Shown: positions 20,888 through 31,398, counted from the first letter of the stretch. The stretch: 64,000 bases of DNA from Nitrospirota bacterium (GCA_963710375.1 CAVPZX010000002.1:544001-608000), one strand, 5' to 3'. Notes: generated by a model not told the origin, from the sequence alone. Numbers and translations: made by a program.

Positions 20888-21696
20888 GTATCATTGCCGG
20901 GGCCGGTGAACTCCCTGAGATTATAGCAAGAGATGCAAAAGAACGCGGCTACAAAGTTATTACCATAGCGCTGGAGAATCTGGCCTCTTCAGTGCTCAAT
21001 GACCTTTCAGATGAGATACAATGGATCAATGTCGGCAAATTAGGCGCTCTTATAGATTCATTTAAGACTTCCGGGGTCTGCGAAGCCATTATGGCCGGGA
21101 AAGTACCCAAGTCACTCCTTTACAAATCAAAAATCACACCTGATCTGAGGGCGATCAAGCTCCTGTTTTCTCTTAAAGACAAGAGCGACGATGCAATCCT
21201 AAACGCACTCGCCAATGAACTGGCAAAAGAGGGAATTACCATCATAAATACGGCATCCTTCAGCCCTCACCTTCAGACACCCGAAGGGGTCCTGACCCAA
21301 GAGCCCCCTTCAAAAGAGGAATGGGCTGACATCGAGTTCGGATGGAAAATTGCAAAGGCAATTGGGGAGATGGATATCGGACAGACCGTTGTCGTAAAAG
21401 GACAGGCAGTGATGGCGGTGGAGGCTATCGAGGGCACTGACGAGGCTATACGCAGAGGAGGGAAATGGGCAGGCGATGGGGTAGTCGTGGTTAAAGTGAG
21501 CAAGCCCCAGCAGGACATGAGACTCGATGTGCCGGTCATAGGTCCCACCACCTTGCAGGCAATGATTGACGTCAGGGCGCGCGTCCTTGCTATAGAAGCG
21601 GAAAGAAGTATAATAATACATAGAGACAAATTAATTAAGGAGGCAGAAGAATCCGGCATCTCAGTTGTCGGGTTGTCGGCGCTAAAGACAAAGTGA
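20878..21696 (+). CDS. lpxI: UDP-2,3-diacylglucosamine diphosphatase LpxI
   Basis: GIIAGAGELP, DIGQTVVV, EAIEGTD, KPQQDMRLDVP. Confidence 0.92.
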   Translation: MQIGIIAGAGELPEIIARDAKERGYKVITIALENLASSVLNDLSDEIQWINVGKLGALIDSFKTSGVCEAIMAGKVPKSLLYKSKITPDLRAIKLLFSLKDKSDDAILNALANELAKEGITIINTASFSPHLQTPEGVLTQEPPSKEEWADIEFGWKIAKAIGEMDIGQTVVVKGQAVMAVEAIEGTDEAIRRGGKWAGDGVVVVKVSKPQQDMRLDVPVIGPTTLQAMIDVRARVLAIEAERSIIIHRDKLIKEAEESGISVVGLSALKTK

Positions 21697-22700
21697 CCCA
21701 TATAGCCGCCATTAAAGCGGGCATACATACAGTGAATAAAAACTGGCAGTTGCTTTTTGTACAGTTTATAGCATTCGTACTGAGCGGTTTGAGCTTTTTT
21801 ATTATTGTAGGTATGCCCATAGCCATCGCCTTTATCATATTCGGTCTTGATCTGACGGAAATACTGCGACTTAAAGATTTGATAAGCGTATTCCGCGGAT
21901 CTGCGGAACTGTTGAACAAATATTTTGCAATGGCACTAATCATACTTTTCAGTCTTCTTATTTATCTTTCGGTTATCCTTGTCGCATGGGTCTTTGCTCT
22001 GGGCGGAACAATCGGAATCCTTGCCAAATCAATCCTTAACGAGATCACTAAATTCAGTCTAAAAACCTTTTTCTCCGAGGGAAGACGTCTCTTTCTTCCT
22101 TTGTCCCTTTTTTCATCCATAATCGCGATCATGTTCCTGCTTATTGCCTTCTTACTCGGAATTTTAGTCGGGGGAGCGTCAACGATCATTGATATTGCCA
22201 AGGGCTACGAAGCAACTTTCGGCCTCTTTATCGGGTTTTTCTGCTCGCTGGTTCTCATGTCGGTCGGAATTGCCCTGATTCTGCTGACGCTCTCGGTAGC
22301 AACATACGGAGTAGCACACCTTGTCTTTGGCCAGGAGGCCGGTTCTGTAACAACAATAAAAGAGACTGTAAGGTATCTTTATTCAAAACCGGCTGCTATA
22401 GGTTTTTACACTCTTGTACTGCTCGGATATATGGTAATCGGATTTATCGTGATTCTGATAGGAGCTCCCCTGACCTTTGTTCCTGTCGTGGGACCGCTGA
22501 TTTCACTGCCCTACCAGTTGTTTACGTATATGTGCCAGGGGTATTTAAGTCTTGTTATGCTGGCAGCTGTATTCCATTATTACAAAGGGGCTCCGTACGC
22601 AGTTTCCCAGCCGTCCACAGGGGTTGACGATATTTCTGGGCACACAGAAGATGCGCCTGCGCCACCTCCTGATCAGCCGGAAGAGTCTCAAGCAGGCTGA
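21693..22700 (+). CDS. Hypothetical multi-pass membrane protein
   Basis: Start overlaps the lpxI stop (GTGA); about 6 TM helices, acidic/Pro-rich tail. Confidence 0.75.
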   Translation: MTHIAAIKAGIHTVNKNWQLLFVQFIAFVLSGLSFFIIVGMPIAIAFIIFGLDLTEILRLKDLISVFRGSAELLNKYFAMALIILFSLLIYLSVILVAWVFALGGTIGILAKSILNEITKFSLKTFFSEGRRLFLPLSLFSSIIAIMFLLIAFLLGILVGGASTIIDIAKGYEATFGLFIGFFCSLVLMSVGIALILLTLSVATYGVAHLVFGQEAGSVTTIKETVRYLYSKPAAIGFYTLVLLGYMVIGFIVILIGAPLTFVPVVGPLISLPYQLFTYMCQGYLSLVMLAAVFHYYKGAPYAVSQPSTGVDDISGHTEDAPAPPPDQPEESQAG

Positions 22701-23421
22701 CGCCGAACAGGATTTCAAAAGATTGCTTTATATACACCTTGAACACTCGCGGACTGAAATCACGAATCAGATCCTTTAATCCCGTGAAATCCCCCTCTTC
22801 GCCCCGTCCGCCTCGGGCAGAGCAGCCCCTTTGCCCTTTATTTTTAAATACAGCGGCAAGCGCAGTATAATCTACAGCGTAAGGTATCGAACCCTGCTGT
22901 AAGAAACCATCCGCCCATCGTTTCTGGGCTGAGCCTATCAGTTTTTTCCCGTTAATGGTCAGCTCCCCGTAGGATGTGGATTGAAAACAGAGCGGACTTC
23001 TCTCAAGATTGCTTCTCCTCTCACGCCGGGTTTTCATCTCAACGGAAAGTCCCAGCCGTTGAAGTCCGAGAGAAAATGCAGTGCTGATATTCTTGTAGGC
23101 ATCGAGAAGGCCCTGAGAAAATAAACCCTCGTTTCTCGATGAGAAACTGTAGGTAAGCTCCTCGCCGTGGAGAATACCCCTGCCCCCGGTTGGCCTTCTC
23201 ACAACCTGCACATCATTGGCAGCGCAGTAGCTGGTGTCGACATCTGTGATTTTCTGAAATGCCCCCAGGCTGACCGAAGGGTGACACCAGCCGTAAAGCC
23301 GCAGCGTCGGAGGCGAGTCGCTTCTGCGAACGGCAGCAGCGATGGACTCATCAAGCGCCATATTATAAGCGGCGTCGCAGGGGCCGGAGTCGATGAACCT
23401 CCATTCACTCAAAGTCGGCAT
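22555..23421 (-). CDS. Lipoate-protein ligase A / octanoyltransferase LipM family
   Basis: NMALDE, TLRLYGW, VRRPTGGRGILH, KLIGSAQKR. Confidence 0.9.
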   Translation of the reverse strand: MPTLSEWRFIDSGPCDAAYNMALDESIAAAVRRSDSPPTLRLYGWCHPSVSLGAFQKITDVDTSYCAANDVQVVRRPTGGRGILHGEELTYSFSSRNEGLFSQGLLDAYKNISTAFSLGLQRLGLSVEMKTRRERRSNLERSPLCFQSTSYGELTINGKKLIGSAQKRWADGFLQQGSIPYAVDYTALAAVFKNKGQRGCSARGGRGEEGDFTGLKDLIRDFSPRVFKVYIKQSFEILFGVSLLETLPADQEVAQAHLLCAQKYRQPLWTAGKLRTEPLCNNGIQLPA

Positions 23422-24593
23422 AAATTTCGCTGAATTTTATTCCGGCTATCATTGAATCTTTGTATTTGACCTTCAGGTAATTTTTTGACTCAAACAGTTC
23501 ATTTGATTTTATGCCGTTTTCCAGACCCAGGTATGCCTCGACAAAAGCTGCAAGGTCATCGGTTGCCTTGATGAGTTCTCCATCCCTCGGATTGTATTCA
23601 TCATTGTTGAATTCTTCGCTGATTTCCCTGGAAGTCATGGCCTTGATCTTTCCATTTATCACTGCAATACTCGAAAATTCGTTCTCGGTAAACATTCTCA
23701 TTTCCTCATGCCACGATTCAGGAATCAGGGCATAAACCTCTTTTTCCATCTGCTCTTTCTCATATTCCTTGATGAGAGCCTCCAGCCCCCCGACAGACCT
23801 TTTAACAGGAGAAATAATATCGCGTGTAAGCACCTCCGGCAGGTCATGGAACAGGCCGGTAAAATAATTGTTGATGCATCGCCTTCTGCAAGCCGATATC
23901 CCACGCGAGAACAAGTAAGACAGCACTGCAACGATGAGCATATGGCCGATCACAGACGTTTTGGGGACCCTGTGGATATGGCTCCATCGCAATTGGAATC
24001 TCAGTTGGCCGCACAGATCGATGAAGTTTCTGTATTGTGAATACATGGCGAGTTGCTGTATGCCCCTGAGGTCGTAATATTTCTCCTGCTCGCTCTGCAG
24101 GTTACTTTTGATCTGCGGGATTTCAAAACCTGAGGGATTTGTACGCTCGATAATGTCGAACTCCCATTTAGTGGCATAAAAATGGGCAGCCCTTAAAATC
24201 TTACGGTTCAGGGTATCAGGAGAATCCGCAAAGTAGTCCCTGAATTTATTGCAGAAGGCATCTCCCAGGGGCGATATGACAGGCTTCAGTTTATCATAAA
24301 CCCATGCATTCAGCTCCCCGTATTTAGCCCTATCTTCTTTTATTTTATAAAAAATCTGGGGTTTCAGATCGGTGATAACAAGGCGCTGCAAAAATTCGAA
24401 GATACCACCCTCTATAATCTCTATCCAGTCAAACCCCTGCTGTTCCTCCTCAAATTTTCCCAAAAAATACGCCAGCATCATCTTATGGGCCTGCTTGTCC
24501 AGTTCTCTCAGACTCGACAGGGCGTATCTTGTCGTTCCACCGCTGCATATTGGCAGCATCAAAAATTTTCAGCAACAGCGATTTTCTGATCAT
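23405..24593 (-). CDS. Tandem HD-domain (YfbR-like) hydrolase, frameshifted near 24512
   Basis: Real N-terminus MIRKSLLLKIFDAANMQRWNDKIRPVE joins LRELDKQAHK after removing one extra base; second domain has TSVIGH and LFHDLPE. Confidence 0.82.
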
Positions 24594-24615
24594 ATTCTAC
24601 CGCAATCCGCGGCAA

Positions 24616-24807
24616 TCACTTCTTCTCTTCTAGCAGTATCTTATGCCTGAGCAGCGATATTTCTTTTACATGTCCCTCGAATGTTTTCTGCTCACCGAAA
24701 AGGTTCTTGAGGAAAACAGTGGCACCCTCCGGAACCAGGACATCCACATTTTCCAGGTAAAGACTTTCTTGCCCGTCTTTATAGACATATGCATTTGCCT
24801 CACACAT
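24616..24807 (-). CDS. cooT: CooT-family nickel-binding protein
   Basis: MCEANAY N-terminal Cys2, L..HKI C-terminus; AGGAGG RBS. Confidence 0.8.
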   Translation of the reverse strand: MCEANAYVYKDGQESLYLENVDVLVPEGATVFLKNLFGEQKTFEGHVKEISLLRHKILLEEKK

Positions 24808-25216
24808 GGGCAACCTCCTTTATTCGTTCAACGAGTTTTTCTATTAAATGAGGAAGAGGCTCTTTTGTAATGCCGAGCACTTCTATATCTTCCTGGTTCA
24901 GCGGGAGCAGGATTTTTTTAGAGGGAGAAGACGCTATTGCCTCAGACATTTTAGCGGTAAGTTCCCCCATCATGCCATTTGCGAGCATTATGCTGAGCGG
25001 TCCCGTGATAATATCAACCCTGCCTGCATTCCATTGTATCGCGTTCTCTCCGGTAGCGCCCTTGTTGGCCCGCGCCTTAATCATCGCCGTGGTGGCGGTG
25101 GAATTAGTGCCGAGGGCGATAATTTCAATTCTGTCTCCCAGTTCTTCTTTTAATCGCTTGATTATAAGGCTTCCGATACCTCCGCCCTGCCCGTCAATTA
25201 CCGCTACTCTTACCAT
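24800..25216 (-). CDS. DUF3842 family protein
   Basis: VIDGQGGGIG, LGTNSTAT, GATGENA, MMGELT. Confidence 0.85.
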   Translation of the reverse strand: MVRVAVIDGQGGGIGSLIIKRLKEELGDRIEIIALGTNSTATTAMIKARANKGATGENAIQWNAGRVDIITGPLSIMLANGMMGELTAKMSEAIASSPSKKILLPLNQEDIEVLGITKEPLPHLIEKLVERIKEVAHV

Positions 25217-25256
25217 GATTGTAAGTATACCTCAATGCCTTGCGAAATTACGACTT

Positions 25257-25295
25257 GGAAACCAAGTGCGGCTAAAACAGCCGCACTTGGTTTCC
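25257..25295. terminator. Perfect 17-bp stem hairpin downstream of dodecin (possible terminator or stabiliser)
   Basis: ggaaaccaagtgcggct-aaaac-agccgcacttggtttcc; no clear U-tract on the minus strand. Confidence 0.45.
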
Positions 25296-25314
25296 CCTCA
25301 AAAAAAACAATGCG

Positions 25315-25530
25315 TCAGTCTTTAAGGTGATACTTGAATGACACCTTTACTTTTGCTCTGTATGCGGAGACCTTACCGTTCTCGACATGCATATCCAGTT
25401 GCACCACTTCTGCAATCCTCAAGTCCTTCAGTGATTTTGATGCGGCTTCAACAGCTGTGGCAGCAGCTTTTTCCCATGACTCAGTACTCGTACCGACCAG
25501 TTCGATAATCTTATAAACACTTTCAGGCAT
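25315..25530 (-). CDS. Dodecin-family flavin-binding protein
   Basis: VYKIIELVGTS.ESWEKAA, YRAKVKVSFKY. Confidence 0.92.
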   Translation of the reverse strand: MPESVYKIIELVGTSTESWEKAAATAVEAASKSLKDLRIAEVVQLDMHVENGKVSAYRAKVKVSFKYHLKD

Positions 25531-25639
25531 CGTTCCTCCCCTCTCGGCAAGATCATCCAGCCATATGCCTCAGATGATATGCCAACTTCAAGATTTAATA
25601 ACTACGGCAACGCCGCTATGATAACTAGCATAGAATATT

Positions 25640-26905
25640 TTATTTTATAACATCCATCCCCATGTAGTGTGTCAGTGCCTCCGGCACCGCTACCGTGCCG
25701 TCATTCTGTTGATAATTTTCGAGGATGGCAACAAGCGTGCGGCCGATTGCAAGACTGGAGCCGTTTAGCGTATGGACGAATTCTGTTCCCTTTTTAGCTT
25801 CTCTTTTAAACCTGATGTTTGCCCTCCGCGCTTGAAAATCCCCAAAATTCGAGCAGGAAGATATCTCGCGGTACCGGTTCTGGCCGGGCAGCCAGACCTC
25901 TATGTCATAGGTCTTGGCTGATGAAAATCCCATATCTCCCGTACAAAGAACTATTACCCGGTATGGTAGCCCCAGTCTCTGTAATATATCCTCCGCGTTA
26001 GCTGTCAGTTTTTCAAGTTCGTCATAGGAGTTTTCAGGCTTTACGAATTTCACCAGTTCCACTTTATTAAACTGATGCTGCCGGATGAGTCCGCGAACAT
26101 CTTTTCCGTATGAGCCGGCCTCGCGCCTGAAGCAGGGAGTATAGGCAGTATAATAGATTGGGAGCTGGTCTTCCCTCAAAATTTCATCTCTATGTATGTT
26201 GGTCACAGGCACTTCGGCGGTAGGGATAAGGTAAAACTCGGGATCAACTGTCCTGAACAGTTCTGCCTCAAACTTCGGCAATTGTCCGGTCCCGGTCATA
26301 CTTTCCCTATTTACAAGAAGCGGCGGGAATATCTCCTCATAGCCCTTCTCAGTATTTAAATGGAGCATAAAATTCATCAGGGCCCTTTCAAGACGTGCGC
26401 CTGCCCCTTTCATTAATGAAAACCGTGCTCCGGCAATTTTGGCGCCCCGCTCAAAATCGATGATTCCAAGTGTCTCGGCAATGTCCCAGTGGTTCAGCGG
26501 CTCAAAACCAAACACCCTAGGCTCTCCCCATTTTCTAATTTCCACATTTCCGGTCTCGTCTTTGCCAACAGGTACAGAATCATGGGGGATATTGGGGATA
26601 TTAAGCAGGAACAGCCCTGTTTTCTCCTCAATGCCTTTAAGCACCTCATCGATCTCCTTAATTCTTTCAGAGACGCCTTTCATTTCAGAAACCAGGCGGT
26701 CCGCATCCTGTTTTTGTCTCTTTAATCTTCCAATCTCCTCCGATACAATATTTCTCTTATTTCTGAGTTCTTCTGATTCCCTCAGCAATCCGAGCCTTTC
26801 CTCTTCCATGCTGAGGAACCCCGAAAGGTCAATATAGTAATCCCTTTTTTCCAAAGCGATTTTTAGTGTATCGATGTTCTCCCTTACAAATCGCGCATCA
26901 AGCAT
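25640..26905 (-). CDS. serS: Serine--tRNA ligase
   Basis: N-terminal coiled coil, [27 protein letters not shown]. Confidence 0.97.
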   Translation of the reverse strand: MLDARFVRENIDTLKIALEKRDYYIDLSGFLSMEEERLGLLRESEELRNKRNIVSEEIGRLKRQKQDADRLVSEMKGVSERIKEIDEVLKGIEEKTGLFLLNIPNIPHDSVPVGKDETGNVEIRKWGEPRVFGFEPLNHWDIAETLGIIDFERGAKIAGARFSLMKGAGARLERALMNFMLHLNTEKGYEEIFPPLLVNRESMTGTGQLPKFEAELFRTVDPEFYLIPTAEVPVTNIHRDEILREDQLPIYYTAYTPCFRREAGSYGKDVRGLIRQHQFNKVELVKFVKPENSYDELEKLTANAEDILQRLGLPYRVIVLCTGDMGFSSAKTYDIEVWLPGQNRYREISSCSNFGDFQARRANIRFKREAKKGTEFVHTLNGSSLAIGRTLVAILENYQQNDGTVAVPEALTHYMGMDVIK

Positions 26906-26933
26906 ATAGTCTCCCTTAAAAGGATATTTAAAC

Positions 26934-27010
26934 AAAGGTTAAGGCATAGGCAAAGGTAAAGACTAAAACGGTGTTTTATGATTGCTTTACCTCAACCTCA
27001 ACCTTTACCT
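26934..27010. repeat. Inverted 6-mer tandem repeat hairpin (AAGGTT / AACCTT)
   Basis: aaggttaaggcataggcaaaggtaaag ... tttacctcaacctcaacctttacct. Confidence 0.78.
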
Positions 27011-27087
27011 GGTTTTCAGCGCTTCATTTTTTTAGAAAATCCCCGAAAAAATAAAGAAATGTTAATGATATAATAATAGAACGCGCC

Positions 27088-28647
27088 ATGATTAATTTCA
27101 AGATTACAAGTCTGCTCGACGGGAACCTCACAATTGATAAGTCCCAGGGCAAGCCTATAACTCTCACGCCAGGGGAAACTATAAAAGCAGAAATCGCAAA
27201 TATCCTGTCATCAGGAAATGCGGTTCTCAAGATAAAAGGCGAACTCATTGCGGCCAAAACCCAGGTGCCTCTGCAACCGGGAGAAACAGCTTTTTTTAAA
27301 GTGTCCGATTCCCAGTCCTCTGCCAATGAACTCAAGCTGCAGTTTCTTGGCTATGAAGACACTTCTGAGGACGCATCGGTACTCAAAAACTTCATGACTA
27401 CCCCTGAAGGGCAGACCCTTGCAGGACTCATTCAGGAGTTATCGGATAGTCTGTTAAAGCAGAGCGCAACCTCCACTTCACAAAACCAAAGCATCGGCTC
27501 AACTCTTACGCAGGGCGGAGGGGCCCCGGCCGGGAGCGGTGCATCAGATAGTTTTCCACTGGACAAACTTGAAAGCCTTTTGAAAGCGCTGCCGGCCAAT
27601 ATTAATGCATTGCCGACAGATATAAAAACGCAACTGCACGACCTTCTGCTTTCAAGCCTAAGATCAACGGGTCAGAGCATTCAATCCCGGCTTGAGACAG
27701 TGCTGAGTCAGCTTTCCGATACATTGAATAACTCCCCTGATACCGGGACTTTAAAATCCGATATAATGCTCAACATGGAAAGGCTCCTTTCGGGACCACT
27801 TAAAAATGCCTTTCTTAATAGCGGGGTTGTTCTCGAAGCAAAGCTGAAATCGACAGCTTTGTCAATGATGCTCGATGCTGCCGAGGTCGAAAACGAACCA
27901 GCAGGGCAGGCCGCGAGTCCGGCGTTGCAGCAGGACGAGGCAACTTCCGGCAAAGAACTGATAACAGCACGAACTGAGACACAAGCTCCAATGGATGAGA
28001 AGACTGGACAGACTCAGCCGGCCCCTCTGGATGAAAAGACGGTAAAGACGCAGCCGGCTCTTATTCCAGCGCTCAAGAATGACCTGAAAGCGGTGCTCCT
28101 GGAATTGAAACAGCGCGTTTCCGCTCCTCTAGAGAACAGCCCGGCTGCACAAGATTCAAAAGCGCCTGTTGCTGCAAAAGAGACTGTCGACAATGCTGCT
28201 GCTTTAAAAACCCTGCAAGGCAAGGTTGAAGGTCTCCTGAAGGATGTTGAAACATTCCAGGCCCTTTCCAAAACTACCGACTCATTCTATACCTTTCTGC
28301 CGGTTAACTGGAAAGAATTAAAGGACGGCGATGTGGCATTCAAGCAGGGTCGCGAAGGTGCGACAGGGGGCACAACGTCCTCATGCAGAATAAATCTCAA
28401 TCTCGCCGGGTTCGGGTCGCTTTCGATAATGGTCCTAATGAATAACAAAGATTTTTTTGTCTCTTTCAAGGCCGACAGGCCGGAATCCCATTCTCTGATA
28501 AGCGCCAACCTGGACGAGCTTAAATCTTCGTTCGCAGAAAAAGGGCTGAGCCTCAAAGCAGCCCATGTCCTCGATAAAACCGACACTACAATGGAACATC
28601 TCGACAAACTCGGCTCCTCTGACAGGATAATAAACATTACGACATGA
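27088..28647 (+). CDS. FliK-like flagellar hook-length control protein
   Basis: Low-complexity middle, SGVVLEAKL and NDLKAVLL motifs, C-terminal T3S4-like domain; paired with an FlhB-C gene. Confidence 0.72.
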   Translation: MINFKITSLLDGNLTIDKSQGKPITLTPGETIKAEIANILSSGNAVLKIKGELIAAKTQVPLQPGETAFFKVSDSQSSANELKLQFLGYEDTSEDASVLKNFMTTPEGQTLAGLIQELSDSLLKQSATSTSQNQSIGSTLTQGGGAPAGSGASDSFPLDKLESLLKALPANINALPTDIKTQLHDLLLSSLRSTGQSIQSRLETVLSQLSDTLNNSPDTGTLKSDIMLNMERLLSGPLKNAFLNSGVVLEAKLKSTALSMMLDAAEVENEPAGQAASPALQQDEATSGKELITARTETQAPMDEKTGQTQPAPLDEKTVKTQPALIPALKNDLKAVLLELKQRVSAPLENSPAAQDSKAPVAAKETVDNAAALKTLQGKVEGLLKDVETFQALSKTTDSFYTFLPVNWKELKDGDVAFKQGREGATGGTTSSCRINLNLAGFGSLSIMVLMNNKDFFVSFKADRPESHSLISANLDELKSSFAEKGLSLKAAHVLDKTDTTMEHLDKLGSSDRIINITT

Positions 28648-28649
28648 AT

Positions 28650-28800
28650 GACGGTCTCGTAAAAAGTCCATATGCTGCGTTGCGCTGCACACTTCGTCAC
28701 TGCGGCGTACAGAAAGTACGCCTCATTCCTCAGTATTTGCACGCCTTGCCTATGAACTTCTTACGAAACCGTCTAATTTCTGACTTTTTGCGAGTTCATC
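28650..28800. mobile_element. REP/MITE-like palindromic element
   Basis: gacggtctcgtaaaaagt (28650-67) inverted at 28756-73 and again at 28783-800; inner hairpin ggcgtac-agaaa-gtacgcc. Confidence 0.65.
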
Positions 28801-29067
28801 ATGAATGACAAGCGCAAGAAAGCTGCGGCGTTGCGGTACATTCCTGAAAAAGATGTCGCCCCGAGGGTTGTTGCAAAGGGAACAGGATACATTGCCGAAA
28901 AAATACTCGCTATCGCAAAAGAGCATAACATTCCTTTGAGGGACGATCCACAGCTTGTAGAGGTGCTTTCAGCACTCGACCTCTACCAGGAGATTCCACC
29001 CGATCTGTACAAGGCAGTTGCCGAAGTGTTGGCTTTTGTGTACAAAATGACGAAGAAACACGTGTGA
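28801..29067 (+). CDS. FlhB C-terminal domain-like protein (FlhX; EscU/YscU/HrcU family)
   Basis: [32 protein letters not shown]. Confidence 0.92.
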   Translation: MNDKRKKAAALRYIPEKDVAPRVVAKGTGYIAEKILAIAKEHNIPLRDDPQLVEVLSALDLYQEIPPDLYKAVAEVLAFVYKMTKKHV

Positions 29068-29735
29068 GAGTGGCCCCTAAAAGTAAAAAAAGTACCCTGC
29101 TCGAAATTTATGATAAACTTTACGCTTTTTACGGGCCCCAGCATTGGTGGCCTGGAGATAGCCCGTTTGAAGTCGCCGTAGGAGCAATCCTCACCCAGAA
29201 CACCAATTGGTCGAATGTTGAAAAAGTGATCGCAAATCTTAAAGCTGCACGTGTGCTCAGTGCCCGTGCATTGCACAAGGTGCCGGTGGCAGAGCTTGCA
29301 TTGCTTATTCGACCGTCAGGGTACTTCAATATTAAAGCAGGGAGACTCAAGGCCTTCCTCGCTTTTTTATTGACAGCATATCGCGGCAGCATGAAAAAGA
29401 TGGGCAAGGGAGACTCGGCCTCACTCAGGCAGGAACTCCTGAATGTTCACGGCATCGGGCCTGAAACAGCTGACTCAATCCTCCTCTATGCCCTGGACAA
29501 ACCTGTATTCGTTATTGATGCCTATACAAAACGGGTCATGTCCAGGCACGGCGTATTAGACCGTGGCGCGTCATATGATGAATACCAGCGGATGTTTCAC
29601 AAGTTGCTGGGAAATGGTATCGGCCTCTTCAACGAATACCACGCCCTTCTTGTCATGGTTGGAAAAGACTACTGCAAACCGAAACCCCGTTGCGTAAACT
29701 GTCCGCTATACGACCTGCCACAGGTCATTGGTTAG
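29064..29735 (+). CDS. HhH-GPD DNA glycosylase (endonuclease III-related)
   Basis: [28 protein letters not shown]-terminal Cys cluster. Confidence 0.9.
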   Translation: MRVAPKSKKSTLLEIYDKLYAFYGPQHWWPGDSPFEVAVGAILTQNTNWSNVEKVIANLKAARVLSARALHKVPVAELALLIRPSGYFNIKAGRLKAFLAFLLTAYRGSMKKMGKGDSASLRQELLNVHGIGPETADSILLYALDKPVFVIDAYTKRVMSRHGVLDRGASYDEYQRMFHKLLGNGIGLFNEYHALLVMVGKDYCKPKPRCVNCPLYDLPQVIG

Positions 29736-29748
29736 AGATCTGCATCAT

Positions 29749-29943
29749 TTAAATTTTTGGTAGAGGGCCAGTTTGTTTTTGCTTTGTATCACCTGGGTCA
29801 TCAGTAGTGGGCGAGTAACGCCGAGCCCACATATATAGAAGTGGCGACCACACATAATGCTCAATACAGGCCGGTGATTGAATTGAATTGAACGGCTAAT
29901 TGATACAGAGTAGAAACAAACTGGCCCTCTACCAAAAATTTAA
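29749..29943. mobile_element. MITE-like element with 43-bp terminal inverted repeats
   Basis: ttaaatttttggtagagggccagtttgtttttgctttgtatca (29749-91) is the reverse complement of 29901-29943 with 3 mismatches. Confidence 0.75.
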
Positions 29944-30104
29944 TACTTTTGTAACATAATTTATGCAATAATATATTGAAAGATGGAATGTAATAATCGT
30001 GACATTCTAATCGTAAAAACCTCTTGCAACCCTATCCAGTCCCTTATCGTCGCATTCAACACTTTGCCATTGCCGATAACTCATATACCTTTGGAGGGCA
30101 GCAG

Positions 30105-31388
30105 ATGAAAAAAATTTTTGTGCTGGACACCAATGTCTTGATCCATGACCCTACCTCGATCTATAAATTCGACAACAATGATATTACTATTCCTTTTGTA
30201 GTAATAGAGGAACTGGACAGCCTGAAAAAGGGGCGGGGAGAGATCGCTGCCTCTGCCAGACAGGCATTGAGGATAGTGGACGAATTAAGAGAAAAGGGTT
30301 CTCTTTCTTCAGGAGTCACAATGGAATCGGGCGGCACTATGACAGTATGCCTGCCGGAAAACAACTCTTCGCCGAAATTCCTTGACAATGGGACAGAAGA
30401 CAACCAGATCATTAAAACCGCTCTGACTATCACAAAAAAAGAGCCCAGAGATGAAGACGGGAATCCTCTTCCCGTAATACTGGTTTCTAAAGATACCGCC
30501 GTGAGAATAAAGGCCGAATCGCTGGGGATTCCTGTCGAGGACTATAAGAATGATAAGACCTCGCTGTTCAAGCAGTACGGCAAGGTACTCACAAATGGCG
30601 ATAGTACCAACGGAATCTTTTCCCAGCGCTATTTATTGTCTGAAGACAGCCTGTATAAACTGACAGGGAAAGACAGGCTTAAAGTTGTGAAGCGGGCCAA
30701 GGAGTTGATGGGGATAGCGCCTCGAAACCTGGAGCAGGAGTGCGCCGTGGATGCCCTTATAGATCCTTTGATAGAAATAGTGGCGCTTATAGGAAATGCA
30801 GGCACAGGCAAAACCCTTTTCGCTCTTGCCGCTGGGCTACATCAGACATCCCAGATCACCAGGAAATCCGCGCTTTACGAACAGGTGATCGTGTCAAGGC
30901 CGATCGTCCCTATGGGTAATGATCTCGGCTACCTGCCTGGAGATATCGAGGAGAAGCTGACTCCCTGGATGCAGCCGATTTTCGATAATTTGGAGGTCAT
31001 CGTCAACACGCCAAAGGGAATGATAAAAGACAGGACCAATGCCTCATCGATAAGAAGCTATCAGTACCTTATAGACGCGGACCTTTTGCAGGTGGAACCG
31101 CTGACTTACATAAGAGGCCGCAGCCTGCCCAAGCGTTATTTTATTATCGATGAGGCCCAAAACCTCAGGCCTATCGATGTCAAAACTATTGTCACCCGTT
31201 GCGGCGAGGGAACAAAAATAGTTTTTACCGGCGACCTCAATCAGATCGACACGCCTTATCTTGACAAGGCAAGCAACGGCCTTGCGTACTTGATAAGCCG
31301 CTTCATCAACGAGGAAAACTTCTGTTTTATAAATCTGAAATCAAGCGTAAGGTCTAAGCTGGCAGAACAAGGGGCTCAACTTTTGTAA
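30105..31388 (+). CDS. PIN-PhoH (PhoH2-type) protein
   Basis: FVLDTNVL PIN domain, GNAGTGKT, LGYLPG, YIRGRS, IIDEAQN; GGAGG RBS before ATG 30105. Confidence 0.92.
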   Translation: MKKIFVLDTNVLIHDPTSIYKFDNNDITIPFVVIEELDSLKKGRGEIAASARQALRIVDELREKGSLSSGVTMESGGTMTVCLPENNSSPKFLDNGTEDNQIIKTALTITKKEPRDEDGNPLPVILVSKDTAVRIKAESLGIPVEDYKNDKTSLFKQYGKVLTNGDSTNGIFSQRYLLSEDSLYKLTGKDRLKVVKRAKELMGIAPRNLEQECAVDALIDPLIEIVALIGNAGTGKTLFALAAGLHQTSQITRKSALYEQVIVSRPIVPMGNDLGYLPGDIEEKLTPWMQPIFDNLEVIVNTPKGMIKDRTNASSIRSYQYLIDADLLQVEPLTYIRGRSLPKRYFIIDEAQNLRPIDVKTIVTRCGEGTKIVFTGDLNQIDTPYLDKASNGLAYLISRFINEENFCFINLKSSVRSKLAEQGAQLL

Positions 31389-31398
31389 GATAAAGGGC

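Noticed and set aside
25750..25770. SerS motif 3 variant NGSSLA instead of NGSGLA
   Set aside because: I recall this variant in functional SerRS of other bacteria; not evidence of a defect.
30105..31388. PIN-PhoH as a toxin-antitoxin or defence system
   Set aside because: No antitoxin-like ORF upstream; PIN-PhoH fusions are widespread stand-alone genes.
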